64,000 nt of DNA from Bispira polyomma (taxonomy: Eukaryota). Below the pieces are notes generated by a model. That model searched no databases, was not told where the DNA came from, and was given only the letters and a program-made list of their open reading frames with translations. How positions within the stretch are numbered: the stretch's first letter is position 1; every line of letters starts with the position of its first letter. Of the stretch, positions 36,950-49,581 are shown piece after piece. The DNA is taken from assembly GCA_965649765.1 (NCBI GenBank), contig OZ287752.1, positions 52,576,001 to 52,640,000 on the forward strand. The letters are read 5' to 3'. The position numbers and the translations under genes were made by a program.

Positions 36950-38870
36950 GAGAAGTGGAGAACAGTCATACTCTTAAGTTTAAACCTCCTTAACTGGCCC
37001 TAACATGGCTCCTAGTGCATTATATTTCTTGAGATATTCACCAACCTCATAGGGATACTGCAATGCATTATACCATTTAGTAACCATTTGGTAACGTATC
37101 AGGTGTACTTAGACACAGAGGAAACCTGAACTTAATATACTGAAGAAAAGTTGGTCAGGATATTCCTGAAGCATGGTTTGTCATGCTTGTGTATTCGAAC
37201 CAGAACTTATTGGTATCCTAGCTTGCCTGTAGTTAGGAACTCCAGTTTATTTTATTACTTGAGCAATTTTAATAATTTCTGCCATTGTATTAATATTTAC
37301 TGGTGGCCTATTAGGGCCTTAAAACTCAAAATTTGTATTTGAAAGTGCTCAAAATCATACAGACTTATTTGCATCATTTTCGTCACTGACATTCCTGCTC
37401 AGACGTTTACTGGCCCTTAATATGTAAGACATTTGGGAGAAGTGTTCGGATGACGCAGGGTGAGTATATTTGTCATCACAATAATCTACAATACCCTTAT
37501 CAATCCCTTATCAAATTTATTCTCTAGGTACTGTATATAATTTTTGCCATTATTCTTAAGACATTTAACATCTCTCTGATAATAGTAAAAATCATTACTG
37601 GCCTGGCTTTTCTGTTTAGGCGATACTTGTTTAACTTCATCAAATTTAACATACCATGAGGTTTTAAGTCGATAGGAGTATAGTTTTCAATGCCTGTACA
37701 GCTCTCAATATAAATGCAATGGAAACCCCCCTTTCATATTTGCTATTGAAATCAGAAAAACACCAGTTAGTTACACTGATTTTTACCTTCATCCCCCCAA
37801 ACTCATAGTGACCATCTTGTATGTGGCCCTTACTATTTTTGGTTTTGAAATTTTGACTCGTTGCAGAGCTATACTCCCCTCTCACCGTTTTGTCTTTCTC
37901 GTGGAACCTGTTGTCTGGGTTTGTTCCCTGCTGACCTTTCAGCTAAAGCATCCTCAAGCATACTTTCTGAAACATTTTTATGTATACACTGAAAATAACA
38001 TAATTTTTACTATAAGCATTTGACACTATTACAGTCTTATTTTTTGACACGTTGGTTATATCATTCTAATTATTTTCACTAAATATTTTATTGGTACTTG
38101 AATCATTGTTCTCATAGCTTACTCTTTTATTTACAGTATTTATCAACGTTCTGTGACTTTCACTTGGTTTTCCAATAATTCCTTATCTACTTTTAACATT
38201 TTTTCTGTCAAACTGCTTATTAGAATTTGCTTTGAAGCATTTAAATTCAGGTTGGTGTGATCTTTGTCGAAAACTTTTGCACAACACCAGCAGTTGTGTT
38301 TGTAATTTGCATGATCAGATTTGTGAGTACATTTACCATTATCAAAGAGCTTGCAGATAGTTTTGTGTTCTGTGCTGACAGTAGCGTTCTGGGAGTGGTT
38401 GTTAATCATAGCAAGCTGTGAGGCGCTCATTCGATTCAAGGTCCACTCTGTGTGTGTGCCATGAAAACCGACCTTCCTCTATCACGTGCATGATGGATGC
38501 CCAGGCCGTGCTCACGACTGGCCATAGAAGCGACAAAGCTTCCCTAAGTGAAAACAATTGGTTCATCATGTCCCTCATTGCTGTGTTGTCCAAAACTAGA
38601 ATCACATTCAAGATCTGGCCTGCTTGGCCACTCAGCATCAGTATCTGTTTTCAAAGTCATACTGCCCTCATTTAATGCTAATGCTTGAGAGAGAAGGACT
38701 TGAAGAAAGTCTAGGGGAATCAAATTTAGTCTGTATGTAGCCGACTTGCTAAGGGATGGCAGGGTTGTCAATTATACTGGTAGAGCATTGGTAGCAGTGA
38801 TGGGTAGAGCATGGACGTTAACAGGATCAACAGTTGTCGCACTGTCCTAATTATTAACAATCTCATTTAG
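36950..38870 (-). mobile_element. YR retrotransposon copy E5 (ORF1 C-terminal half and ORF2 N-terminus)
   Basis: WPVVSTAWASIMHVIEEGRFSW, ICKLFDNGKCTHKSDH..HNCWCC finger, QYIKFRFPL. Confidence 0.7.
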
Positions 38871-38886
38871 TTGCCTTTGCAAATTT

Positions 38887-39043
38887 CCCACAAAAGAATT
38901 GTTTACCTGTCGATACACCACTTGATACACCAGTATAACTCCTGTTCTTAAGAAATTGCATTGGCTCTCTGTTGAACAGCGTTCAGTGTTTAAGACAGCT
39001 ACACTTGTTTATAAGTTTCTTCACACTGGATTTCCAAAGTATT
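38887..39043 (+). mobile_element. L2/CR1-clade LINE fragment, part 1
   Basis: SITPVLKKLHWLSVEQRSVFKTATLVYKFLHTGFPKY, a typical post-RT motif. Confidence 0.8.
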
Positions 39044-39501
39044 ATAAAAGTTACACCTGGGTTATGGGTGTGATAAGAGGGCATAAACTCACACAAATAC
39101 ATTGATGCCTGCTGGGTGTATGGTGGGGAAGGCCCAGATTAAGTATAGTTCCTAGCATCTGCGCCTTTTAGTGGAATCTAGGTGATTATCCTTACCCATC
39201 CATTGGAAAATGCTGAACTCCATGTGTTTTACAGAATGGTGCTTCTGTGTAAAGTGTCTTGTTTTTGGTTTCTGCATTAAGTTTTTTTGAAACTTCTTCC
39301 AGTAGAGATATGGTCTCACTGCTCAGTTGGATGACTGGAATTGGGGTGCCAGTAGCTGGAGTATTGAAAGCTGTGTGACTGTCCACTTCTAGGTGGTTGA
39401 TAGCAGTGCTAAGGGCAGTTTCACTCTCACTAATTTTGACCCAGTATAATTAAGAAAGATATGATGTGTGTGAGAGAGAGGTGTATTTGTCTTCTCCAAC
39501 A

Positions 39502-39576
39502 ATTTGCCTTATATATACCTTTATATCTTTGTATATATTTCGAAAATCTTATTGGATTATCTCATCAGAGGCTGAT
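39502..39576 (-). ncRNA. Type I hammerhead ribozyme, copy 1
   Basis: Same core and stems as 41354-41428, with one substitution in outer stem I. Confidence 0.85.
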
Positions 39577-39838
39577 AACTGCTGCTTTCTAAGCACGAAT
39601 CACATCAGGAAGAGCATTCCAAACAATGGGAGCATTAAAAGCAAAGCTGTGACCAAACTGTTTAACCGACTTTTGAGTAGATGGGTGGAACTTCAGAACA
39701 ACAAGGAAATTACTACCACTCTGACTATGTCTGGTATTGTAGGAACTACTGTAAGTGGAAAGATATGGGGCAAAATACTTTGGAAATCCAGAAAGATATG
39801 ATGTGTGTGAGAGAGAGGTGTATTTGTCTTCTCCAACA

Positions 39839-39913
39839 ATTTGCCTTATATATACCTTTATATCTTTGTATATATTTCGAAAATCTTATTGGATTATCTC
39901 ATCAGAGGCTAAT
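39839..39913 (-). ncRNA. Type I hammerhead ribozyme, copy 2
   Basis: Reverse complement of 41354-41428. Confidence 0.85.
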
Positions 39914-40402
39914 AACTGATTTTTGAATTTTCCCTTGAGGTACTAAAAGTGGCTCCACCTGGCTCCGGGGGAGCCTTGGTTTCCTCCGCCGGAGCCATAA
40001 ATTTTAAGGGGAGCCATTCCATTTATGGATTATTTTTGGGGGTAATATTGTAAGTCCATATTAGCCAAAAATAATCAAAAAATTAATTCAAAGAATTGTT
40101 AGGTGGTCATAATTCAGTACTTATGTGCCAATGCGTTCACATGTTATATATGTTCAGTTGCTGTAAAATAATGGGTTACCAAGTATGAATATTTATGGGG
40201 TTTATTGGTCCATAAATGTTTTTGGGTTGAAATTCAAGTATGATCAGTGGGTGGCATTACAGTTGTTATGGTATTGGTTAGATTTTATATTAAATGTGGA
40301 ATCCAGTATTTCTGGTGTCCATCAGGTAATATAATAATTTTTGACCAATAGTAATACCTCCTGAGTTTTTTAAGAAAACAGTCGGTATTTTGTCAGGGCT
40401 AT

Positions 40403-40562
40403 NNNNNNNNNNNNNNNNNNNNNNNNNNNNNNNNNNNNNNNNNNNNNNNNNNNNNNNNNNNNNNNNNNNNNNNNNNNNNNNNNNNNNNNNNNNNNNNNNN
40501 NNNNNNNNNNNNNNNNNNNNNNNNNNNNNNNNNNNNNNNNNNNNNNNNNNNNNNNNNNNNNN
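40403..40562. other. Assembly gap
   Basis: Run of N. Confidence 1.
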
Positions 40563-41353
40563 ACACATAATACTTAAGTACAGTATAGTCTATACTAATT
40601 TTTGATTAGTAGTAGAGTTCATCAGTGCTACTGATAATCTTCATAAACAGATTATATATATTTAGAATGTCTATAGTGGTGGGGTGATATCCCCGCACAA
40701 GGTATCCAAATAATCCATCAAATTAAATATTTCCCCACTTTACTTCAGTGGGAGACTACTCCTGATATGTCTGTTCAGGTTGTATTTTTTGGAATAAAGT
40801 TTATGGCAAATAGCACATGTAAACCACATTATTATTTATATATAGATGTTGTTGTAGTAAATTATTTTTAGTTTAAGAGTAATACCTCCAAACCGGAACA
40901 AAGGTAAATATAAATCAGCCAGTTTGTTATGTTGGAGATTGTAACCAGATAACTGTGATCAGGTAAGTGGTCATTGTTACATAAAATAGCCTCCATGTGG
41001 ACAACATTTTTGCCACCCACTGATCATACTTGAATTTCAACCCAAAAACATTTATGGACCAATAAACCCCATAAATATTCATACTTGGTAACCCATAATT
41101 TTACAGCAACTGAACATATATAACATGTGAACGCATTGGCACATAAGTACTGAATTATGACCACCTAACAATTCTTTGAATTAATTTTTTGATTATTTTT
41201 GGCTAATATGGACTTACAATATTACCCCCAAAAATAATCCATAAATGGAATGGCTCCCCTTAAAATTTATGGCTCCGGCGGAGGAAACCAAGGCTCCCCC
41301 GGAGCCAGGTGGAGCCACTTTTAGTACCTCAAGGGAAAATTCAAAAATCAGTT

Positions 41354-41428
41354 ATTAGCCTCTGATGAGATAATCCAATAAGATTTTCGAAATATATACA
41401 AAGATATAAAGGTATATATAAGGCAAAT
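41354..41428 (+). ncRNA. Type I hammerhead ribozyme, copy 3
   Basis: GCCT-CTGATGA-(GATAATC/CAATAA/GATTTTC)-GAAA-(TATATAC/12-nt loop/GTATATA)-TA-AGGC: complete core, stems I-III pair, AUA cleavage triplet at 41418-41420. Confidence 0.88.
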
Positions 41429-41475
41429 TGTTGGAGAAGACAAATACACCTCTCTCTCACACACATCATATCTTT

Positions 41476-41855
41476 CTGGATTTCCAAAGTATTTTGCCCC
41501 ATATCTTTCCACTTACAGTAGTTCCTACAATACTAGACATAGTCAGAGTGGTAGTAATTTCCTTGTTGTTCTGAAGTTCCACCCATCTACTCAAAAGTCG
41601 GTTAAACAGTTTGGTCACAGCTTTGCTTTTAATGCTCCCATTGTTTGGAATGCTCTTCCTGATGTGATTCGTGCTTAGAAAGCAGCTTAAAACCCACTTA
41701 TACACTAAATCATACCCACCTTAGTCTCAATCATCCCCCGGCACGCTCAGTGGTGCTGACCCTTTTCTGTCCCTTGATTTTGGAAATTGGATTTTTTTTT
41801 GTCTTTTGTGCTGGTGTGCCTTAGAGTCCCCTTTGTTAAACAGAGATTAAGCGCG
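41476..41855 (+). mobile_element. L2/CR1-clade LINE fragment, part 2 with 3' UTR
   Basis: GFPKYFAPYLSTY..FGHSFAFNAPIVWNALPDVIRA..RKQLKTHLYTKSYPP-stop; continues 38887-39043. Confidence 0.82.
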
Positions 41856-43504
41856 TCCTCGTCCCTCATTGTTGACACCTTGACCCTTATGTTGATTGTT
41901 TCTTTGTTTTTCCTATGTCTAAATGTCCGAGTGTTTTTTAGGAATTTGGAAATATTCGAAATGTCAAAACTGCTAGAATTCTATTAAGATTAAGAGCAAA
42001 ATGAATTATTCAGGGAGTAAGGAACTGAAAATACTTCCTGAATCTGCAGAAAAGAAACTGTAACATTAAATATATAAAGAAAATTTGAAACCAGATGCAT
42101 CCTTAGTGCTTAAACCAAAAATATTCTTATCCAAAACCATTAGCGAAAGAAAAAGTAATTCCTAAATTTAGATTAACAATATCAGGTTTAACAAAATCAC
42201 AGCAGCCTTTATCAAAGAAATCTTTTTAACACTGATTTCGAGAAAGCTTTTGATACCATATAATGACCATTCGTCTTTGAAACCTTAAAATGTTTAAACT
42301 TTGGTAAACATTTTATTCCATGTATGAATTGTTTTATACAAATTCATCTTCATGTGTTGGCAACAATGGATTTCTATCATATTATTTTACTCTATCTACA
42401 AGAATACGTCAAGGTTGCCCAAAATCAACCTTTTTATTTAATTACAACCTCTACTATTAGAACCTCTATCATCCGACAATTTTCGGAGAGTGAGAAGTGT
42501 ATTTGCAACTTTTTTTGGAATTTATGTACACGAAGATGTCAACATAAAATTTTTAAATATTTCATAAAAGAGAACTAAAAAAAAAAAAAAAAAAATTGCA
42601 GATGTCACTACTCTGTATCTGAAAGATGTCAAACCTTTAAAGGGATGGCTATATTATTCATTGACTTTAAAACCCCTTTCAGGTTTAAATTTAAAAGTAA
42701 CTTAATCCAATTGGGATTTAACATTTTTGAACGTTCTATGTAATGGAAAACCTGCAAAAACAAAATTAGGTACAATCAAAAAATAACTATGATAAAGGGA
42801 GTCTACAGATGTGAAGTAATCACTGTATTCATAATGTACAGAAACTCTTTAAATGGCAAATATTGCACTCCCCATAATGTGAATATTGAATGAAAAACAA
42901 GATGAATTTTAATATCTCTATTACTTTTTTAGTTTGTGAAATTTTGTTTGGAACAGCATTTCAAAATGATGACAGTTTGAGAATAGTTAAATACTTAATT
43001 CTGTCAGGTAAATAGCTTTTAAACAATAGAAAAAGTGAAAACAAACAAGTATTTTTCTATGATTTTTTTTATTGAAAGTCAAAAATTGAAACAATATGTA
43101 ACCTCTACTAATATAAAAATGTGCCGAATGAAATACAAGAAGCATTTTTAAGTGTTCTAGTAAATTTGTACCATTACAACCAGTACTTATTAGTTAATTG
43201 AGTTATTCTTCATTCAGTTGGACACATGTGCTGCTTTCTACATATAACACTCATTTGTTTAGTGTTCATTTAATTGAATACATTTTATACTTGAATAACA
43301 TTTACAAATACATTAGACATATACCCATACAAGCGTTAAATGACATTGTGTGTTATACAATTGCAAAAGTTATATATAGTGAAAATAGTAATTATCATTA
43401 ACCTCATCTAAAACTACTGCTACTTTTAAATTAACACGCCACAAATCTCCTTATTTATATATTCTGTGCGGTCAAATGTTTACATTATCTGATACATATA
43501 AATT

Positions 43505-43660
43505 AAGGGAATACTAATTGATACTGAAAAGATAAAAATGACACAGTTTGACGATGGAACAACTCTTATTCTTGATGGTTCACAGAGCCCTTTGAAGGCT
43601 GCCCTCAATATAATTGAAGTTTTTGGAACATTTTCAGGCTTCAAAAATACTAATAAAAGT
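43505..43660 (+). mobile_element. L1/Tx1-type RT fragment
   Basis: IKMTQFDDGTTLILDGSQSPLKAALNIIEVFGTFSGFK matches the QFADDTT..SGLKxN region. Confidence 0.7.
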
Positions 43661-44276
43661 AATAATAACTTCCTTTCAATCAATATTCTTCTTCTATCCA
43701 CTAAAAACAATATATATATATATATATATTCCAATCCAAGACGTCCATCTGGTGGAAAAATTATGGAATTACAACAATCATTAAAATTATTTATGCCGAA
43801 CTTGATATTAAGGAAGAAATATTCAATAGAAATTAAAATTTTATTAAAAAAATAGTTTGACTGAATTATCGGAAAGTTATCCTGTAATTTATTTCCCTTC
43901 ATTATTGCATATTTTTGCCTATAAATATTCATCTTTCTTGTTATGTACATAGTAAATAAAATGGCTTATTTTCCACTAGTATAAAATAATAGATTTTATT
44001 TTGTTACTGAGAAAAATTTTCTATTTCATGTCTGACCATGTGCATAAACTACACTGCAGGGTGCAGTTTTTGTCCCGTTTTGCAACCTCTCCCCTCTGCA
44101 CAGGGTGTCTGAAAAAAGTCTTCAAAAAACCATTTAAAAAATCTCACAAAGTAGCTGCTGAGAGGCTTTAAAGAAGCATGCTACAACATGCATTAATTCG
44201 AAGTGATATCTGAGGCATATTTCAATATCGTATTTTAGAGGAAATTGATATAAAAAAACTATTAACTTGAAAAATC

Positions 44277-44628
44277 AGCACTCTGCACCCCTTTTAAAGG
44301 AAATCACTTTTACTCAATTAGTGTTAAAGAAATATTAGTAACATATTACACAGAAATGTATTTTAGAACTTATTATTGTCAGTTATAGTTCTAGTTGTAA
44401 GATATAAGAAAAACATTGTACGAACTACTTAAGTAAATATATCAGTTATATAAATAAGCACTCTACACCCCTTTTAAAGGAAATCACTTATACTTAGTTA
44501 GTGTTAAAGATATAGTAGTAACATATTACACAAAAATGTATTTCCGAAGTTATTATTGTCATTTATAGTTCTAGTTGTAAGACGAAGGAAAACATTGTAC
44601 TAACTACTTGAGTAAATATATCAGTTAT
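44277..44628. repeat. Tandem duplication, ~180-bp unit
   Basis: AGCACTCT.CACCCCTTTTAAAGGAAATCACTT starts at ~44277 and ~44457. Confidence 0.9.
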
Positions 44629-44824
44629 TTTTTGTAATTAACAACAAGTATACCAATTACATTGGGATCAAAACAACTATTGAGGTAACAATTAATTCTC
44701 ATTCCTTTACAGGTCTGTCTTTTAAACTTTTCAAATCTTGTTTACTACCATAAAAAGTCCAAAACATTATATGGAAAAATATTAGTCCTGAATCTACTCC
44801 CATTTCAAAAAGTACAAAAATACA

Positions 44825-45011
44825 TTAGGCCTGGGTATATTGCTGGTTATTGTGTACAGATGGGTTCTCATAAAGGTCCTCTTCTCCTGGTTCATATTGT
44901 GCATTGTTCCCTCCACCACTGAAGTAATTGGTCAGATGCATCAAAATATCATCAAACGATGGCCGTTGATTTGGTTCTGCACTCCAACAATGCATCATGA
45001 TACCATCATAG
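44825..45011 (-). CDS. Gene C terminal exon
   Basis: YDGIMMHCWSAEPNQRPSFDDILMHLTNYFSGGGNNAQYEPGEEDLYENPSVHNNQQYTQA-stop. Confidence 0.92.
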
Positions 45012-45396
45012 CTGATTTTGAGTAAAGAGCATTGTATCAATAAAACAAGGCTGTTTTTTGAAAATCACAGTATTTTACTGTATCAGCATATTTAATAGTG
45101 AATGAGAACACTAAATATGTATTACATAATAAATGGAATATAAAGTATATGATGGAAATAGGTTGGCCATATTTATATAATGTATCAGAATTGTGGTTTT
45201 CGAAAAAAAATTAAGATGGCCCAAATTTTTTTTTCATATTTAGATCCTATGTTTAAAAAAAATTAAGATGGCCCCAATTTCTTTTCATATTTAGACCCTA
45301 TTTAAAAAAAAAAATAAAATTTCTATTCCACATAATGAGTTAGTTTACATGACAATCTATAATATCAACACACTAGTACTGAAAATTTTGCCTTAC

Positions 45397-45493
45397 ATGA
45401 ATTCAGTGTAGTCAGGGTCCTTTGGAAATCTGTATCCATTCTTGACTTGTGCTGTCATTTCTTTATCTGTCATGTCACCATACGGTGGCTTAC
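45397..45493 (-). CDS. Gene C exon (subdomain X)
   Basis: 97-nt exon GKPPYGDMTDKEMTAQVKNGYRFPKDPDYTEF. Confidence 0.9.
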
Positions 45494-45674
45494 CTGAAAA
45501 ATACACATATTGTAAAATTGTAGGTCATAAATAAAGGAAACATATATACATTTATATATTTAGCAATTTACATTTTTAGAAATGACTGAAATTTCCAGGG
45601 ATTTCGCGGAATGACTGAATTTTAATCGTAAGCATTTCCCAAATTGCCTAAATTTGTGATAATTATTCTATTAC

Positions 45675-45801
45675 CTTTAGAGTAAATCTCATGGAGAAAT
45701 ATGCCGTATGTCCAAACATCAGTCCCCTTAGTGTACAGACGTGCCTTGCCTTTAGCCCTGTGGAACTGTTCTGGGGCCATCCACTTGAGTATTACTCTAT
45801 C
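45675..45801 (-). CDS. Gene C exon (subdomains VIII-IX)
   Basis: 127-nt exon DRVILKWMAPEQFHRAKGKARLYTKGTDVWTYGIFLHEIYSK. Confidence 0.93.
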
Positions 45802-46697
45802 CTATGGGTTATATCAGCCAAATACATGTAATATATATCATTGCACAAATGTATTTAATTATAAGAATTATGCTTGAATCTGCAGTGATAGCATTTGCAC
45901 AAGTTACTAAAAATTAATCATTGAGAACAGTAAGAAGAATGATAAACTAGATCTGTAAAATATACACATTTTTAGAAATTTTACGTGAATGCATTAATAA
46001 ATTGTCATCACCAAAAGTTCACTTGTTCTAATTAAGAAATATAATGACAATTATACTGGATTTATATTTGTTTGACTGCCAATGTAACATATTAAGTTTC
46101 ACGCTCAACCCTGAATAGAAACAGATAGCTCGGATTATCACATCAAACTCAAATCCTTCACCATTAGGTTCTATGCCCATAAATAGCATATTAATAGTCA
46201 TCCTTAAGACTATTTAATCCGGGTAAGTATCAATTACTGGTTATTGTACTTGTGTGAAGGCAAACATTGCTTGCATAATCATAATGTACTTCTTAGTTTT
46301 CAACCATTGGCAAGTAAAATAACATGTAGAACATCTGATGTAATGGAAATTTTATTTTTTGGCTACTTAATTTAATAGAAGCATGATCTAAGCAGATTCT
46401 AATCATTTAACAATTTTATGCAGCCATTGGACATACAGGGGTCCTGACCATGGAGATGCCGGAAAAAGGTAACAAGGCTTCTCTACACTGCTGATTTGGT
46501 CCCCGATGTTTCCGATGTTGAGGGCTAGTTCGTATAGTCCACAGGACCAAAACGGGGCATATGTGGAGATAGGTAAGAATGTCAAACATGTTTGATATTT
46601 TTCAAAAAGTCCGCCTGCCTAGATCTCCTGACCTCCAGAACGTATTACTGAATATGTTCAATTGTATTGCCAATAAGTTCTGTCGGATAGGTTTTAC

Positions 46698-48020
46698 CGA
46701 ACACAGGGACTGTCTTAACACTGGCCTGTTCTATCCTACTGGGGGTATTCTCCTATTTGGGTAGGACAGAATGGGCCATCATTAAGATCGGTGTTACAAT
46801 TTGAGTTATATGCTTTGGTTACTAGTTAAGCATTCTATATGTGGACATTCTGATGTAGTTCATTTATTTCATGGGTGTTTAAAATGTCATATGTGGTGTA
46901 CAGACTTGAGGTGTATCAGCTGATGTGTATTGGGTACAATATTGTTGAAGAACTGTCAGTTATAAAAGTTTAGGGTCCAGTCGCATATATGCAGATACAC
47001 TATACATTATTGGTAATATGTTGTTGAGGAGTAGTTATGACTTTTAAACATGTTATTTAGCAGTTGTATTTAATTGTGAGTGTTACGATCACATGTAATT
47101 TAGAATTTAGTAGTGTATATTTAGACATTGTGGTTTATCACTCAGGAATGATTCTACACAGTGTACATTGAGTTTAAGCTATGCTCTGTTCAGAAACTTT
47201 GATTCAATATAGTCTAGGTATTCTGTTGAGCGGTTTTGACACAGGCATGCTGTCTAAGGTGTAGAATGCCAAACAGTTTAGTTTAAAAATCAGTGGAGTT
47301 TTAGCAGCCAGTGTGGTAGTATTACCGGGGAAGGAAATGTAACTTATACTACAGGAGTGTTTGTAAGTAAATTAATACACTTTGGTATATTAGACTTTAT
47401 GGATATTTCATTGTGATAGTATGTATATGTAATGTTTTACTCCAAATATGTAGTTACTGAAAAGTTCATGTTATAAGAACAGCCTATGTAAATATGTATG
47501 TCACTTATTAAAGGTCTGTTTAGTTAGGGGTTCATACCTCTATAATAGAATACTGAAGTCACTTTAGAGTTATATGTATTTTATGAATATAGGTGACAAG
47601 TAAAATTACTAACTAATGATGTGTAACTTTCAAAAGTAATTATGTATAGGTATAGTGAATATTGTTATACTTTATGAACAAGGATACACTTGTATAAATA
47701 GTATAGTAAGGATGCTTAATTCTTTACTTTTCAAGCACTGGTGCTGGCAGTACGCCTGTTATGACTGAACAATTGAGGCTGGTGGTATCATTCATCTTGT
47801 TAGTTACCCAGAACAACAGTGTATGGTGATACAGGCAAGATTCAGCATGTTATATCGACTCCGTACAATTCTTCACTGGGACTGTGAGTTATGACTGCAT
47901 AACAACTTTAGTCAAACTTGAACTGACAACAACAACGTTACTGTAATACAGCTAACAGCTTGGAAGACATTTCATCAGGAGGACAATAGTCAGGAACTTT
48001 GTGAACTATGGTATTGTAAC
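46698..48020 (+). repeat. 1323-bp tandem duplication: 94 bp of flank plus a 3'-truncated LTR (46792-48020)
   Basis: Sequence repeats from 48021; LTR starts are 1323 bp apart. Confidence 0.95.
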
Positions 48021-48114
48021 CGAACACAGGGACTGTCTTAACACTGGCCTGTTCTATCCTACTGGGGGTATTCTCCTATTTGGGTAGGACAGAATGGGCC
48101 ATCATTAAGATCGG

Positions 48115-49561
48115 TGTTACAATTTGAGTTATATGCTTTGGTTACTAGTTAAGCATTCTATATGTGGACATTCTGATGTAGTTCATTTATTTCATGGGTG
48201 TTTAAAATGTCATATGTGGTGTACAGACTTGAGGTGTATCAGCTGATGTGTATTGGGTACAATATTGTTGAAGAACTGTCAGTTATAAAAGTTTAGGGTC
48301 CAGTCGCATATATGCAGATACACTATACATTATTGGTAATATGTTGTTGAGGAGTAGTTATGACTTTTAAACATGTTATTTAGCAGTTGTATTTAATTGT
48401 GAGTGTTACGATCACATGTAATTTAGAATTTAGTAGTGTATATTTAGACATTGTGGTTTATCACTCAGGAATGATTCTACACAGTGTACATTGAGTTTAA
48501 GCTATGCTCTGTTCAGAAACTTTGATTCAATATAGTCTAGGTATTCTGTTGAGCGGTTTTGACACAGGCATGCTGTCTAAGGTGTAGAATGCCAAACAGT
48601 TTAGTTTAAAAATCAGTGGAGTTTTAGCAGCCAGTGTGGTAGTATTACCGGGGAAGGAAATGTAACTTATACTACAGGAGTGTTTGTAAGTAAATTAATA
48701 CACTTTGGTATATAAGACTTTATGGATATTTCATTGTGATAGTATGTATATGTAATGTTTTACTCCAAATATGTAGTTACTGAAAAGTTCATGTTATAAG
48801 AACAGCCTATGTAAATATGTATGTCACTTATTAAAGGTCTGTTTAGTTAGGGGTTCATACCTCTATAATAGAATACTGAAGTCACTTTAGAGTTATATGT
48901 ATTTTATGAATATAGGTGACAAGTAAAATTACTAACTAATGATGTGTAACTTTCAAAAGTAATTATGTATAGGTATAGTGAATATTGTTATACTTTATGA
49001 ACAAGGATACACTTGTATAAATAGTATAGTAAGGATGCTTAATTCTTTACTTTTCAAGCACTGGTGCTGGCAGTACGCCTGTTATGACTGAACAATTGAG
49101 GCTGGTGGTATCATTCATCTTGTTAGTTACCCAGAACAACAGTGTATGGTGATACAGGCAAGATTCAGCATGTTATATCGACTCATTCTTCACTGGGACT
49201 GTGAGTTATGACTGCATAACAACTTTAGTCAAACTTGAACTGACAACAACAACGTTACTGTAATACAGCTAACAGCTTGGAAGACATTTCATCAGGAGGA
49301 CAATAGTCAGGAACTTTGTGAACTATGGTATTGTAACATTATTAAAGGTGTATCCTTGGTGAGAGTAATTTATTAATAATCTGGTTTTGAACCTATGATG
49401 TAAAGAGAGTTTAAATTTAAGATTGAACACACTTAATGTGAGCCACATGTTATTTTGTCTTATCATTGTAATTCTGAATAAATAGCAATAAGCTTAGTAA
49501 AGTTAGAACGCTCTTTTCCTATCTTACTATCTACAAACCACTATACAATCAAAGCGTAACA
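48115..49561 (+). repeat. 5' LTR (1447 bp)
   Basis: TGTTACA...CGTAACA. Confidence 0.97.
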
Positions 49562-49563
49562 TT

Positions 49564-49581
49564 TGGTGCCATGACCAGGAT
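49564..49581 (+). promoter_or_regulatory. Primer-binding site, tRNA-His type
   Basis: TGGTGCCATGACCAGGAT 2 nt after the LTR; near-complementary to the tRNA-His 3' end ATCCTGGTCACGGCACCA as I recall it (1 mismatch). Confidence 0.8.

Larger units (their letters stand above)
39581..41686. repeat. 676-bp inverted repeat pair (39581-40256 and 41011-41686)
   Basis: Arms are reverse complements with only two differences noticed; the spacer contains a gap. Confidence 0.95.

Noticed and set aside
39466-39801. Repeated ORFs 39466-39801 and 41466-41705 as a duplicated gene
   Set aside because: Antisense translations of LINE and hammerhead sequence in the duplicated block
41900-43200. Possible further L1/Tx1 remnants
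   Set aside because: Only scattered weak motifs; boundaries cannot be supported
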